Source: a virus (lineage: Duplodnaviria > Caudoviricetes). Taken from it: a stretch of DNA of 64,000 nucleotides. Shown here piece by piece: positions 37,781-48,424 of this stretch. The DNA lies in the IMG/VR virus record IMGVR_UViG_3300030330_005136, positions 9,133 to 73,132 of that record; one strand, given 5' to 3'. The notes beneath the pieces are model-generated. The model had not been told where the DNA came from, did not search any database, and was given only the letters and a program-made list of their open reading frames with translations. Position 1 is the stretch's first letter, and each line of letters starts with the position of its first letter. A program made the position numbers and the translations under genes.

Positions 37781-37795
37781 ATATTTATATTTATA
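37781..37795 (+). promoter_or_regulatory. Tandem candidate late promoters ATATTTATATTTATA
   Basis: Two overlapping copies of the motif, then AGGA RBS and the ATG at 37807. Confidence 0.6.
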
Positions 37796-37806
37796 TAGGA
37801 ATCGAT

Positions 37807-40800
37807 ATGCCAATACAAGATAATTATACACAGCGACTAGGACTGGCAGAACTAGATGTTTTTTTAGATACGCCGGACAATAGTAATAGATATTTTAATA
37901 TCATCAACTTACCACAAATTGCTGGGTATGGTAAATATTCCTTTCAAATATCCTATAACGATCCTGATGATACTGATTTATTATTAAAACAAGGTTCTGG
38001 TATTTTATTCGAATTTGTTGATGCCAATGGTGAAACTATATTTTCAGAATTATCAGATATACCAGATGCCAGTGGTGCCGCATCGGGTTATTTTTGGATA
38101 AAAAAAGATCCACTCTGGCTAGCTGGCGAAATAGCTGATGGGCCGGCTACTTTATATATTGTAGGGGAACTAGACAATGTACCTGAAGAGTTCGAAGGTA
38201 CATATAATGTTAGGACTGCCTTTACTTTCGATATAAGAAAATCACAACCAAATATTTCGAGAATTTTATTTCATGATGTTCCGGCATTAGAGCAAAGTTC
38301 TAGTATTAATGGTCAGATTCAAGAATTTGATAGAGGTAGTTCAACTTTTGCCAGAGGATATATTGAAGTCAGTGCCTCTCATATGGAAACTCATGGTGGT
38401 CAGGTAAACTTCATTGAGTTATCTTATCTAGAATCTGGTAGTAGGACAGAAGAATTTACACCATTGGCAGAGTATCCGTTACGTGGTTCGTCATCAAGAT
38501 ATGAATTGGATGATACTGGTTCTATTGATGGATTGAATCCGATATCACATGTATTCAGAATGCCTGTCCCTCGTGATTTTCGTAGAGACAGTGAAGTAAA
38601 ATTTAAATTAAAATTTTTAGATGCTAATAAATCACCAGCAAAATATTATGATGAGATTAAAAATGATCAAGTTATAGAAATAACATCTTCTTTTATAACA
38701 GTAAGTGGAACGCCTTTTATTATTGAAAATGAAGATAATTTACTCAAGGGTTCGATGTTTACTGGTCAAGCTGTTGGCAAGGGATTTGAAACATCCGGTA
38801 AAAGCAGTGCATTTATGAAAACAGTAGATTACACTGGTTTCAAATCCGCTAGTCTAGGTATAGGTAGTCCTGGTGTAATGTTCTTTAGTGGTTCTGTGTT
38901 GACATCGAGTGGTGACAATTATCAAGGGGTTGGATTAGAATTATTTGCTAACACAGAAAGTTTTTTAAGATTTAGATCAGACCCATCAGAATTAGATATC
39001 AAAACAAAAGCATTTTTTGTAGGTTCAGAAACAACTCAATTTATCAGTGCATCTGGTGGAACAATAGAGATAAGTTCTAGTAATTTTCATTTAGAACCTA
39101 GTGGTGATGTCACCATGACCGGAACAATTGAAGCCGCTGATGGTAAAATAGGTGGGTTTCATATATCAGAGTCTAGAATAAATTCTGAAAATGAAAAAAT
39201 AATATTTAAATCAAGTGGACAGATATCAGCTTCTTCATTGTTGTTAGCATCGGGTTCATTTATTGTAGATCCTGATAATCTTTCAAGATTTGGTCAAGAT
39301 GGTTTTCAAAGTTTTGTCATGGCTGAAAATACTGGTGTAATCATACAGACAAGTAATTTTAATCTTAACACTGCTAGATTTATTATCAGTTCAAGTGATG
39401 TTGGTGTCATGGCTGTTGGTTCAACACCGCCTGTAGCTCATAACAGTGGAACTGGCTTTTATGTAGATGGTGATGGTAATTTTCTTGTAGGAAAATCCAC
39501 AGGTCCTAGATTACAATTCGATGGTTTTCAAACTACAATAAGTTCATCTAATTTCTTTCTTGGTTCAGATGCTCAATTTGTAAGTGGTAGTAACGGGAAT
39601 ATTGAGATAAGTTCTAGTAATTTTCATCTAGATGCTGCTGGAAATGTTATAATGGCTGGAACTATAACAGCAAATGCTGGAACCATAGGAGGGTTTAATA
39701 TAACTAATAATGCCTTATCCTCTGATAATTTTTTCATCAGTGGTGCCGCCACAGGTGCTGAATTATTTATATCATCATCTGGTTTTTCTGTAGATGCTCA
39801 AGGTGTGGTTAGTGCGTCTGATTTATCATTACAAGGTGGAGATGTTGGTGGTTTGTCTGTTGCTGAGGGAACTGTATCTGTTGGTGAAATACTAAAACTA
39901 AAAGATAGTGGACAGATTACAGGTTCACAAGTTTTGTTTACTGGTGGAAAAATCAGTGGTTCTGCTTTAGATATAATTGTTCCTAAATTCTTTTTAGGTA
40001 GTGAAGAACAATTTGTAAGTGGTTCAAACGGTAATATTGAAATAAGTAGTTCTGATTTTCATCTAGATAAAGATGGAAGTGTAAACATGTCAGGTACTAT
40101 TACAGCAACTGCTGGAGCAATTGGTGGATTTGGTATTAGCTCAAATGCTATAAGTAGTTCAAATAATAATTTAATACTAAAAGATAGTGGTCAAATAACT
40201 GGTTCAACAGCATTATTTACTGGTGGAAAAATTGCTGGATGGACTATAAGTGGTACAACTTTAGTTGGAAATAATGCGACACTTGATGGTGCTGGTTCTG
40301 CTTTATTTAAATCCGATGCGGGTCCTGATACAGATAATAGTGCTCCTTTTGATGAAGCACGAAATGAATTTTACATAGATTTTTCTCCATCCGATCAAAG
40401 TAACACACGAAACTTTTTTGTAAAGTTTGGTCCTAATTTTATGGTGGATAGTGATGGTATATTGATAGCCAGTGGTGCTACTTTTGCTGGAACTATAACT
40501 GCCAGTGCAGGTTTGATTGGGGGATTTGTAACAGACAGTTCATCTTTTCATGATAATAGCAATAATATTTTTATAAGTGGTAGTCCAAAGATAGGTGGAA
40601 ATCATCATCCATCTTTTATGTTTATATCAAGCTCAAACTTTAATGTAAAACAAAGTGGGGATATAACAGGATCATCTGCTCTATTTGATGGTATTATAAA
40701 TGTTACAGGAACAGGTCAGATTGCTGGATTTGGTATAACCCAAACTGCTATTTCAAGCTCAAACGATAAACTGATATTAAAATCGAGTGGTCAGATTACT

Positions 40801-43800
40801 GGTTCTGATGTTTTATTTAGTGGCGGTAAGATTGGTGGTTTTACTTTAGGAACAAATACATTTACAGCAACAAATTTTGAACTTGATCCGAGTGGAAAGA
40901 GGATAACACTTGGTAGTGGAAATAGTATTTTTATTGCTGATGGTGACGAAGGAATACAATTAGGTCATGCTACATTTGCTGATGCTCCTTTTAGTGTTAC
41001 GACTGCAGGTGTGTTAAAGGCTACAAGTGGAACGATTGGTGGATTTACATTAAGTACAAACGAATTAACTGCTACTAACTTTGAATTAAATCCAAGTCAA
41101 AAAAGAATTACATTAGGAAGTAGTAATGATATCTTTATTGCTGATGGTGATGAAGGTATTCAGTTAGGTCATGCTACATTTAATAGTGCTCCATTTAGTG
41201 TTACTAAAGCTGGATTCTTACATGCTGCCGCTGGTAGGATAGGTGGTTTTGGTATAAGTTCAAATTCGATTACCAGTTCTAATGATAATTTAATATTAAA
41301 GGATAGTGGACAAATAACAGGATCTACAGTTCTGTTTACTGGTGGAAAGATAGGTGGTTTTACAATCGATGCTGATGAAATTAAATCTACAAATCTATTA
41401 TTAGATTCTAATAATGAAAAGATAACTGTTGGTAGTGCAAACGCCATTACAATACAAGGTGGTGGCACAGATAATTTTATTGTGATGGGAAGTAAAACTG
41501 CTTTTGCCCAAACATCCACTGCTGGTGTGATATTGGGTATGGATAATAATGTCCCATCCTTTGATCTAACTAGAAATTCTACAAATTATGTTAGGTTTGA
41601 TACATCGACTGGTGTTGATATTAAAACCGATACATTCAAATTAGATACAGCAACATTAGACATAGATTCATCAACAAGTAGAATACAAGTTGTGGATGGT
41701 TCTTCAAATGAGGTTGTAAGATTAGGTGAAATATCCGACAGTGCTTCAGATTTATTTGGTTTAAAGGTTTACGATGGAAGTGGCACTGCTGATGCCAACA
41801 CATTAGTAAAACTTGGTGGTGAAGGTAATACCATTGGTGGTTGGACAATTACAAATGATCAGATAAGATCCCTAAATCTTGTTATACATTCAAGTGGTAG
41901 ATTAGAAACTGCTGATTTCGCCAGTGGTGTTAAGGGGTGGAGGATATCTTCTGAAGGTAATGGTGAAGCTGAATTTGAAAATGCTACAATTCGTGGAACT
42001 CTTTCAACTGCCGTATTTGAAAAAGAAACTGTAAACGCCGTAGGTGGTCAGTTGTATGTTGCCAACTCAACAGCACTTACAGGATCAGGTCAGATATCTG
42101 CAAGTTTTGACACAATGAGTGTCGTTAATGTAAGCGGATTTGCACAAGGTGAAATATTAAGTTTAAAGAAAGTAAGTGATACGGGTTTTACCACAGAATA
42201 TGTTTTAGTCAATAGTTCTTCTAGAGACGATAAATCAAGTGATACAAATTTTTCTGGTAAATTAAATGTGACTCGTGGATACGGATCAGGTGTTACTGGC
42301 GATAGTGGTTCGTTAGGTGGTTCTCCTAACAATGCTCAATCCTATGAACCTGGTCAAGTAATAGTATCAACCGGTAAAGTTGGAACTGGTTACATAAGAT
42401 TAAATGCTAATCCAAATGATCAAGCCACACCTTTCATGGATATTGTAGAAAGAACTGGTAGTGGAATATATGATATAGAACTAAAAACAAGGGTGGGAGA
42501 TCTTAGTGGTTTAAGTAGTGGTTTACTATTTGGAGAATCAAATCCAGGATTTGGTATCTTTACTGGTAATGGTTTTTTCAGTGGGGGAATAACTGCTACA
42601 ACTGGTTCATTTACAGGTGCTGTTCACATTAACACCTCTGCTTCTGAGATAATGAAACTCGGTACGAATGTTAGTGGAACTGATGATGGTATCTTTGTAA
42701 ATAACAATAACTTTCTTTTCACTGATGGTCGGTTTAAGACAGGTAATGCAACCAACTTTATTTCACATGATGGTGCTGGAGCAGTAGAAATATCATCACA
42801 AAATTTTACTCTAAAGGGTGGAACAAAATTATTAATGACTTCTGAAAGTTTAGCCTTTGATACTTCAAATGCTTCAACTGCTACGAGAACTGCTGGAACT
42901 GGTGTTTTTATGGATGTCGATGGTAATTTTAGAGTTGGTAATGCCAGTGGTAATAGACTTACATTTGCAGGCTCATCATTAGAATTAGTAACTACTGATC
43001 TTAATATAGATACTTCTACATTTGATGTATCTACTGATAATGGTGGAAAGATTGCTATGGGAGCTACACCACCAACAAGTATAACCAGTGGAACTGGTAT
43101 TTTTATGAGTGGTAGTGGTGAGTTCTTAGCTGGAAATGCCAGTGGAAATCACATAAAATTTGATGGAACGAATGTTCAAGTTGCCGGTCAAATAACAATT
43201 TCTGCTGGTTCTACATCAGAAGTTGATTTTGGTGCTGGTGCAGCTGCTTCTGCAAGTGCTGCTTCAGCAAGTGCTGCCACTGCTCAATCCTCTGCAAGTG
43301 CAGCACAAACTTTAGCAAGTGAAGCATCGGCATCGGCTGCCGTAGCGTCTAGTTCAGCAGCGACTGCGACTGCTGCTGCCTCGACTGCTCAATCTGCTAT
43401 TGATACTATGGAAACTCAAGTTGTATTAACCAACGAGGGGATGTCATTAAGAGCTGTTAATGATGCAGGAAACCCCAATTTAAATGGACAGGATGTGGTT
43501 CAGGTTGGGACAACTACAAAGTTTTTTGATGGTGTGGATGATACCGATGCCAATCAAAAACTTAGATTAAACACCGATGGTGTGTTTGCTTTTGCCAACA
43601 CCACACAATCATTTGCGAGATTTTTTAGTGAGGGTGTTCAGATAGTATCGGGTGGAGTTGAAAGAGCTAAATTTGCTGGTACAACCACAATAGGTAATAC
43701 TGCTTTTGAACATGTTGAGATAACAAGTGCTTCTTTAAAACTAAAAGGTGGGGAAAACGGAAGCATAACTAGATTATCCATGGATGCTGATGGTATGCAA

Positions 43801-46800
43801 ATTGGTTCAGTATCAAATGGTATAACTCTAAATGCAAGTGGTGACGCTACATTTAATGGTGCGATTACGATATCACCAAGTGATTTACCTGATGGAACTG
43901 TTAGTGGTTCAGCTCAGTTAGCCGATGCTATCAGTGGTTCTGCAAATCAAATATCAGCATCTGCTGCTGCTCAAGCAACACAAGTAGTCTTAGACTCAAA
44001 CGGAATGTCTCTGAAGAGTCAAGACACAAGTAAGACATTAGCTAGTTTTGGAACAACGGTTACAATTGGTGAAAATGCTGATGATAAATCAAGAGTTTTT
44101 ATAGATAATGATTCTGTTGATCTTATCGTAGATTCAGGTGGAACAGATACGACTTTTGCTTCATTTGGTGCTACAACTACTGTTGGTAATGCTAGTGCTG
44201 AACATGTAAGTATAGATAGTGATTCTGTTGATATCATACAAGATGCTAACAATAAAGCCGTGGTAAATGCTAGTGGATTGACAATTACACAAGGGGGTAA
44301 CAATGTTGCGACTTTTGGTTCAACTGCTAGAATGGGACAGACATCAGCAGAACATATTTTAGTTGATTCAACAGGATTATTATTAAAAGATAACACAGAT
44401 GTTATTGGCAAATTTGTTCAAGGTGGTGCTACACTAGGTAAAACCGGTGGGGCTCATATTTCTGCTTCTACAACTGATGTAAGTATTATTAGAAATAATA
44501 ATAATAAAGCAATTGTTGATGCTGATGGTTTAACTATAACACAAAGTGGAGCTGGAGTTGCTAAATTTGCTTCTACAACAACTATAGGAGAGACTTCTAC
44601 TGAACATGTAGAAATTACATCTACATCATTTAAATTAAAAGATGGTTCAACAGATAGATTGATTATGAATTCTGATGGTATTAGTATTGGAAATCAATTC
44701 TCTGTAGATTCGGATGGTGATGCCACATTCGGTGGAACACTTACTATCGGCAATATAGTTTCGAGTTCTGCTCAACTTGCTGATGCTATTAGTGGTTCAT
44801 CAAATGCTTTCTCTGCTTCAGCTGCGGCTAGTATAGCTCAGACAGCAGTCGATTCTGCTTCAGTTGCTTCTGCTGTACAAATAACCAGTGATGGATTAAA
44901 TATTCTAAGAGCTGATAATGGAAGTGAACTTGCTTCTTATGGTGCGACCACAACAATAGGAAGTACAAGTGCAGAACATATATCAATTAGTAGTGATGCC
45001 ATTGAAATAAAAACCAATGCAAATACCACAGTATTATCTGCTTCATCTGCTGGATTAGATATGGCTGGTACGATTAAAGCCAGTGGTGGTACAATCGGTG
45101 GTTTTAATATTGGAACTGATTTAGATTCTAGTGCAGGAACATTAAAACTCAAAGGTGCTACAGGACAAATAACTGCTTCAGATGCTCAAATAACAGGTAA
45201 GATAATTGCTACTACTGGTACAATTGGTGGTTTCAATATTGGAAGTGATTTGGGATCAAGTGGTGGAACATTAAATTTAAAAGGTAGTTCTGGTCAAATC
45301 ACAGGTTCTAATGTATTATTCAGTGGTGGGGATATTGGTGGATTCATACTCTCGGACGACAAATTTATAGGTCAGATATCAAATGCTAAAACATTCACTA
45401 TCGACAGTGGTCAAAGCGCTGATTTACAGTATGATGGTAATGATGCCTCAGGAATAATATATGGACCCAAGAGTTCTCATGATCTAGGTACTGGTGTGAA
45501 TTTTACTGGTAGTGCTTGGGTTATGTCTGATGCAGGTGGAGCAAATGAAGGTATATTTTTTAGAGCAGGTGTCAAAGATACATTTGTTAAATTATCAACC
45601 ACCGGTGGTGAGGACAATGGTGTATTAGCAATAAGTTCATCAAATTTTTCGATAGACAACAGTGGTAATGTTACGATGGCTGGAACTGTTACTGCCGATG
45701 GTGGTTCTATAGGTGGATTTACCATCAATGGTAGTCAATTAACAGGAAGTTCAGGTGCGATTCTTGCTACTGCTGCAAGTGGTGATAGAGCCGTATTTGA
45801 TGGAACAAATAATGACTTGAGATTTTATGAATCTGGTAAAGGTGGTACATCAACATCATTGAAATTAGGAAAATTCGGACAGTTAACATTTGGAACTGCT
45901 GGTAGTGTTGTAAATCAATATGGTATAATTCTAAGTGGTTCTAGTTTTAATGTGAGTAAATTTAGTGTAACTAATCCTGATGTAACTGAGAACTTAGATT
46001 TTACTGGTGTTCCGAATACTTTTCAAACCAATATTTCTAATATAAGTTCAACACTTGATATGGGATCAGCTAGAGACGTGTTCAGAGGAAGAGCTGGAGC
46101 CGTCTTCACTGCAAAAACTGGTCTAGCATCAGACCTAACCACAACAGGTTTGCTTGCTGGTATGATGGGACAAATAGAAGATGACAATTTACGTTGGGAC
46201 ATGTCTGCTGGTGGTTTTTTCGTAAGTTCTGAAGATAGAGCTCTAATAGATGCTGATGAAGGTGGTGGTGTTGGAGATGGAAGTTGGGCTCTGGCAACAG
46301 TTGGTAGAGTCATGATGACTGGTAGTAATGGTTCTGGTTTCAGTGCTGCTTCCATGCCACCGACATTAACAGTTGGTGGACCTGGTGGTAAAAGTATTCA
46401 AGCCGATGGATTAGTGGTTATGAAAGCAGATGCAACTGTTGATGGAGCATTATCAGTTGGTGGAACTATAAGTGGAAGTCTGATTCGTAGTTCTGGCGAT
46501 GTTGTTGCTTTCCATTCATCAGATAAGAGACTAAAAGATAATATAAGAACAATAGAAGAACCTATATATAAATTAAGACAACTAAAGGGTGTTGAATATG
46601 AGTGGAATAATAAACAAGATACATATCCAAGTGGTTCATTAGATAGTGGTATTATAGCACAGGATGTACAAAAAGTTCTACCACAATTAGTAAAGGAAAA
46701 AGAAGATGGGTATCTCGGTGTTCGACATGATAGATTAGTCGGTCTATTAGTTGAAGCCATAAAAGACCAACAAGATCAAATAGATGAGATGAAAGAACAA

Positions 46801-46830
46801 ATCAAGGAGTTGAAAGATGGCAGTTCCTAG
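37807..46830 (+). CDS. Giant tail fibre (3007 aa) with C-terminal intramolecular chaperone (peptidase S74)
   Basis: Many G(T/K)IGGF and ITGS-x-LF-x-GG repeats; C-terminal SSDKRLKDNI...LKGVEYEWN...GIIAQDVQKVLPQLV...LLVEAIKD. Confidence 0.9.
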   Translation: MPIQDNYTQRLGLAELDVFLDTPDNSNRYFNIINLPQIAGYGKYSFQISYNDPDDTDLLLKQGSGILFEFVDANGETIFSELSDIPDASGAASGYFWIKKDPLWLAGEIADGPATLYIVGELDNVPEEFEGTYNVRTAFTFDIRKSQPNISRILFHDVPALEQSSSINGQIQEFDRGSSTFARGYIEVSASHMETHGGQVNFIELSYLESGSRTEEFTPLAEYPLRGSSSRYELDDTGSIDGLNPISHVFRMPVPRDFRRDSEVKFKLKFLDANKSPAKYYDEIKNDQVIEITSSFITVSGTPFIIENEDNLLKGSMFTGQAVGKGFETSGKSSAFMKTVDYTGFKSASLGIGSPGVMFFSGSVLTSSGDNYQGVGLELFANTESFLRFRSDPSELDIKTKAFFVGSETTQFISASGGTIEISSSNFHLEPSGDVTMTGTIEAADGKIGGFHISESRINSENEKIIFKSSGQISASSLLLASGSFIVDPDNLSRFGQDGFQSFVMAENTGVIIQTSNFNLNTARFIISSSDVGVMAVGSTPPVAHNSGTGFYVDGDGNFLVGKSTGPRLQFDGFQTTISSSNFFLGSDAQFVSGSNGNIEISSSNFHLDAAGNVIMAGTITANAGTIGGFNITNNALSSDNFFISGAATGAELFISSSGFSVDAQGVVSASDLSLQGGDVGGLSVAEGTVSVGEILKLKDSGQITGSQVLFTGGKISGSALDIIVPKFFLGSEEQFVSGSNGNIEISSSDFHLDKDGSVNMSGTITATAGAIGGFGISSNAISSSNNNLILKDSGQITGSTALFTGGKIAGWTISGTTLVGNNATLDGAGSALFKSDAGPDTDNSAPFDEARNEFYIDFSPSDQSNTRNFFVKFGPNFMVDSDGILIASGATFAGTITASAGLIGGFVTDSSSFHDNSNNIFISGSPKIGGNHHPSFMFISSSNFNVKQSGDITGSSALFDGIINVTGTGQIAGFGITQTAISSSNDKLILKSSGQITGSDVLFSGGKIGGFTLGTNTFTATNFELDPSGKRITLGSGNSIFIADGDEGIQLGHATFADAPFSVTTAGVLKATSGTIGGFTLSTNELTATNFELNPSQKRITLGSSNDIFIADGDEGIQLGHATFNSAPFSVTKAGFLHAAAGRIGGFGISSNSITSSNDNLILKDSGQITGSTVLFTGGKIGGFTIDADEIKSTNLLLDSNNEKITVGSANAITIQGGGTDNFIVMGSKTAFAQTSTAGVILGMDNNVPSFDLTRNSTNYVRFDTSTGVDIKTDTFKLDTATLDIDSSTSRIQVVDGSSNEVVRLGEISDSASDLFGLKVYDGSGTADANTLVKLGGEGNTIGGWTITNDQIRSLNLVIHSSGRLETADFASGVKGWRISSEGNGEAEFENATIRGTLSTAVFEKETVNAVGGQLYVANSTALTGSGQISASFDTMSVVNVSGFAQGEILSLKKVSDTGFTTEYVLVNSSSRDDKSSDTNFSGKLNVTRGYGSGVTGDSGSLGGSPNNAQSYEPGQVIVSTGKVGTGYIRLNANPNDQATPFMDIVERTGSGIYDIELKTRVGDLSGLSSGLLFGESNPGFGIFTGNGFFSGGITATTGSFTGAVHINTSASEIMKLGTNVSGTDDGIFVNNNNFLFTDGRFKTGNATNFISHDGAGAVEISSQNFTLKGGTKLLMTSESLAFDTSNASTATRTAGTGVFMDVDGNFRVGNASGNRLTFAGSSLELVTTDLNIDTSTFDVSTDNGGKIAMGATPPTSITSGTGIFMSGSGEFLAGNASGNHIKFDGTNVQVAGQITISAGSTSEVDFGAGAAASASAASASAATAQSSASAAQTLASEASASAAVASSSAATATAAASTAQSAIDTMETQVVLTNEGMSLRAVNDAGNPNLNGQDVVQVGTTTKFFDGVDDTDANQKLRLNTDGVFAFANTTQSFARFFSEGVQIVSGGVERAKFAGTTTIGNTAFEHVEITSASLKLKGGENGSITRLSMDADGMQIGSVSNGITLNASGDATFNGAITISPSDLPDGTVSGSAQLADAISGSANQISASAAAQATQVVLDSNGMSLKSQDTSKTLASFGTTVTIGENADDKSRVFIDNDSVDLIVDSGGTDTTFASFGATTTVGNASAEHVSIDSDSVDIIQDANNKAVVNASGLTITQGGNNVATFGSTARMGQTSAEHILVDSTGLLLKDNTDVIGKFVQGGATLGKTGGAHISASTTDVSIIRNNNNKAIVDADGLTITQSGAGVAKFASTTTIGETSTEHVEITSTSFKLKDGSTDRLIMNSDGISIGNQFSVDSDGDATFGGTLTIGNIVSSSAQLADAISGSSNAFSASAAASIAQTAVDSASVASAVQITSDGLNILRADNGSELASYGATTTIGSTSAEHISISSDAIEIKTNANTTVLSASSAGLDMAGTIKASGGTIGGFNIGTDLDSSAGTLKLKGATGQITASDAQITGKIIATTGTIGGFNIGSDLGSSGGTLNLKGSSGQITGSNVLFSGGDIGGFILSDDKFIGQISNAKTFTIDSGQSADLQYDGNDASGIIYGPKSSHDLGTGVNFTGSAWVMSDAGGANEGIFFRAGVKDTFVKLSTTGGEDNGVLAISSSNFSIDNSGNVTMAGTVTADGGSIGGFTINGSQLTGSSGAILATAASGDRAVFDGTNNDLRFYESGKGGTSTSLKLGKFGQLTFGTAGSVVNQYGIILSGSSFNVSKFSVTNPDVTENLDFTGVPNTFQTNISNISSTLDMGSARDVFRGRAGAVFTAKTGLASDLTTTGLLAGMMGQIEDDNLRWDMSAGGFFVSSEDRALIDADEGGGVGDGSWALATVGRVMMTGSNGSGFSAASMPPTLTVGGPGGKSIQADGLVVMKADATVDGALSVGGTISGSLIRSSGDVVAFHSSDKRLKDNIRTIEEPIYKLRQLKGVEYEWNNKQDTYPSGSLDSGIIAQDVQKVLPQLVKEKEDGYLGVRHDRLVGLLVEAIKDQQDQIDEMKEQIKELKDGSS
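40831..41238 (+). repeat. Tandem 204-nt (68-aa) duplication within giant fibre
   Basis: IGGFTL...TATNFEL.PS.KRITLGS.N.IFIADGDEGIQLGHATF..APFSVT.AG occurs twice; IGGF starts at 40831, 41035 and 41239. Confidence 0.9.
43231..43398 (+). repeat. Ala/Ser low-complexity stretch (56 aa) within giant fibre
   Basis: GAGAAASASAASASAATAQSSASAAQTLASEASASAAVASSSAATATAAASTAQSA; locally GC-rich. Confidence 0.9.
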
Positions 46831-48424
46831 TAGTGGTGAATTATCTTTATTAGGTATAAAAAGAGAATTGGAAAATAATAATTATAATTTAAGTTTCAGT
46901 TACACGAATATCTCTTTAGAGGATTTATCCGATGGTACGGTAGCTACGATAAATACATCAAATAATTCTTCGGATAGACCCGATGGTTCTGCTCCTCATG
47001 CTATGTCTGAGTTTTATAATTATGACCACGATTTGTCTGGTCTTGGAGATGCGAGTGGACTTGCTGTTCAATCTCAAACGACCACTGCTGTAACTTTTGT
47101 ATATACCGAAGGGGCTAATTCAGATCGTACAATAGTAAAATTAACTAATTATAATGGTAGTACAAGTGGCTTACCCGCAACACTGAATATAAATGGATTC
47201 GGTGGTAGTTTTCCCAATCAATTTCAAAATGTTGATGGTAGTGGTACAAGCACTTTTACAGTAACAGGAGGAACTAGCACTTTTTTCTTGGGTGGAACTG
47301 CTGCAAATGTCACTTTATCTGCTAATGATTTTGTTAAGGTAAAGGTTCAGTCAAGTGATGGTAGTAGTACAGGAACTCTAACTGGTGAAGTTACTGGATT
47401 TACTTTACCAGGTGTACCAACAAGTTTAGGTACAACCAATATTAGTTCTCATGCTATGACCATAGGTTGGACTGCTCCAACGGGTGGGGTAAATGCTTCT
47501 AATGGATACAGATATTATCATGGAACTAACTCCACTGCTACAAATAATTCAGCCGTTGATACTGGTAATACGTCAGTAGCACTTACTGGTTTAGATGCAA
47601 ACACAACTTATTATTGGACTGTTCAAGCAAAAGGGGATGGTGGTGATTTCGGTTCAACTGCTACTCAAGTTGCCATATCAACCGCGCCAGATTCAGTTGG
47701 AACTATTACTGCCATACCTAATATAAATAGTATAACTCTTAGTTGGTCATCGACTCCAGCTGGAACAAGTGAATATAGAGTTTATTTCGGAACGAATTCT
47801 ACAGTAACAAGTAATGCTACATCTACTGTAGCTTCTTCCAAAACTGCTGCTACCTTTACAAGTTTAACTCAATCAACAACACATTACTTTGGTGTTCAAC
47901 CTCGAAATTCAGATGGAAATTATGGTGATATTGTAACGGGTAATGCAACCACACTTGCACCAACAACTTATACTCATCATGTGGGATCGACTTCAAGAGG
48001 TTTTAGTGCTATAGCTCTAACAACTTATACGACAACTCATACAGGTGTGGGTTCAGGCACTTCATCTCTAAGTGACATGATTAGAGTTACGATTGCGAAT
48101 GGTAATGCCGATGCAGTAACAATCACCACGGATAATCCTACTCCTGCTCTTGGAACTTTTGAATTTCTTGCTTCTGCCACTGAGGGTGATGTGGTAGGTC
48201 CTAGCCCATCAGGTACATTTCAAGCTTTAACCCATAGTTTTAATGTAGGAAATTGGAGTCAAGGTGGTGTTACTGCTTATTTCTTCAGATTAAAATGGAA
48301 TCATGGTACACTGCCTGGTTTTGGAACGCAACAAACATCAACTACAGTACGAATCACCACTACAAATACAGGTGCGTCACCAGTATCTGGTTTTCTTGAT
48401 CTAGTAATAAAGGCTTCAGCATAA
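46817..48424 (+). CDS. Putative fibre-tip adhesin with fibronectin type III domains (535 aa)
   Basis: MAVPSSGELSLLGIKREL...APHAMSEFY N-terminal module; FN3 motifs IGWTAP...YRYY...LTGLDANTTYYWTVQA and LSWS...YRVY...LTQSTTHYFGVQPRN. Confidence 0.75.
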   Translation: MAVPSSGELSLLGIKRELENNNYNLSFSYTNISLEDLSDGTVATINTSNNSSDRPDGSAPHAMSEFYNYDHDLSGLGDASGLAVQSQTTTAVTFVYTEGANSDRTIVKLTNYNGSTSGLPATLNINGFGGSFPNQFQNVDGSGTSTFTVTGGTSTFFLGGTAANVTLSANDFVKVKVQSSDGSSTGTLTGEVTGFTLPGVPTSLGTTNISSHAMTIGWTAPTGGVNASNGYRYYHGTNSTATNNSAVDTGNTSVALTGLDANTTYYWTVQAKGDGGDFGSTATQVAISTAPDSVGTITAIPNINSITLSWSSTPAGTSEYRVYFGTNSTVTSNATSTVASSKTAATFTSLTQSTTHYFGVQPRNSDGNYGDIVTGNATTLAPTTYTHHVGSTSRGFSAIALTTYTTTHTGVGSGTSSLSDMIRVTIANGNADAVTITTDNPTPALGTFEFLASATEGDVVGPSPSGTFQALTHSFNVGNWSQGGVTAYFFRLKWNHGTLPGFGTQQTSTTVRITTTNTGASPVSGFLDLVIKASA

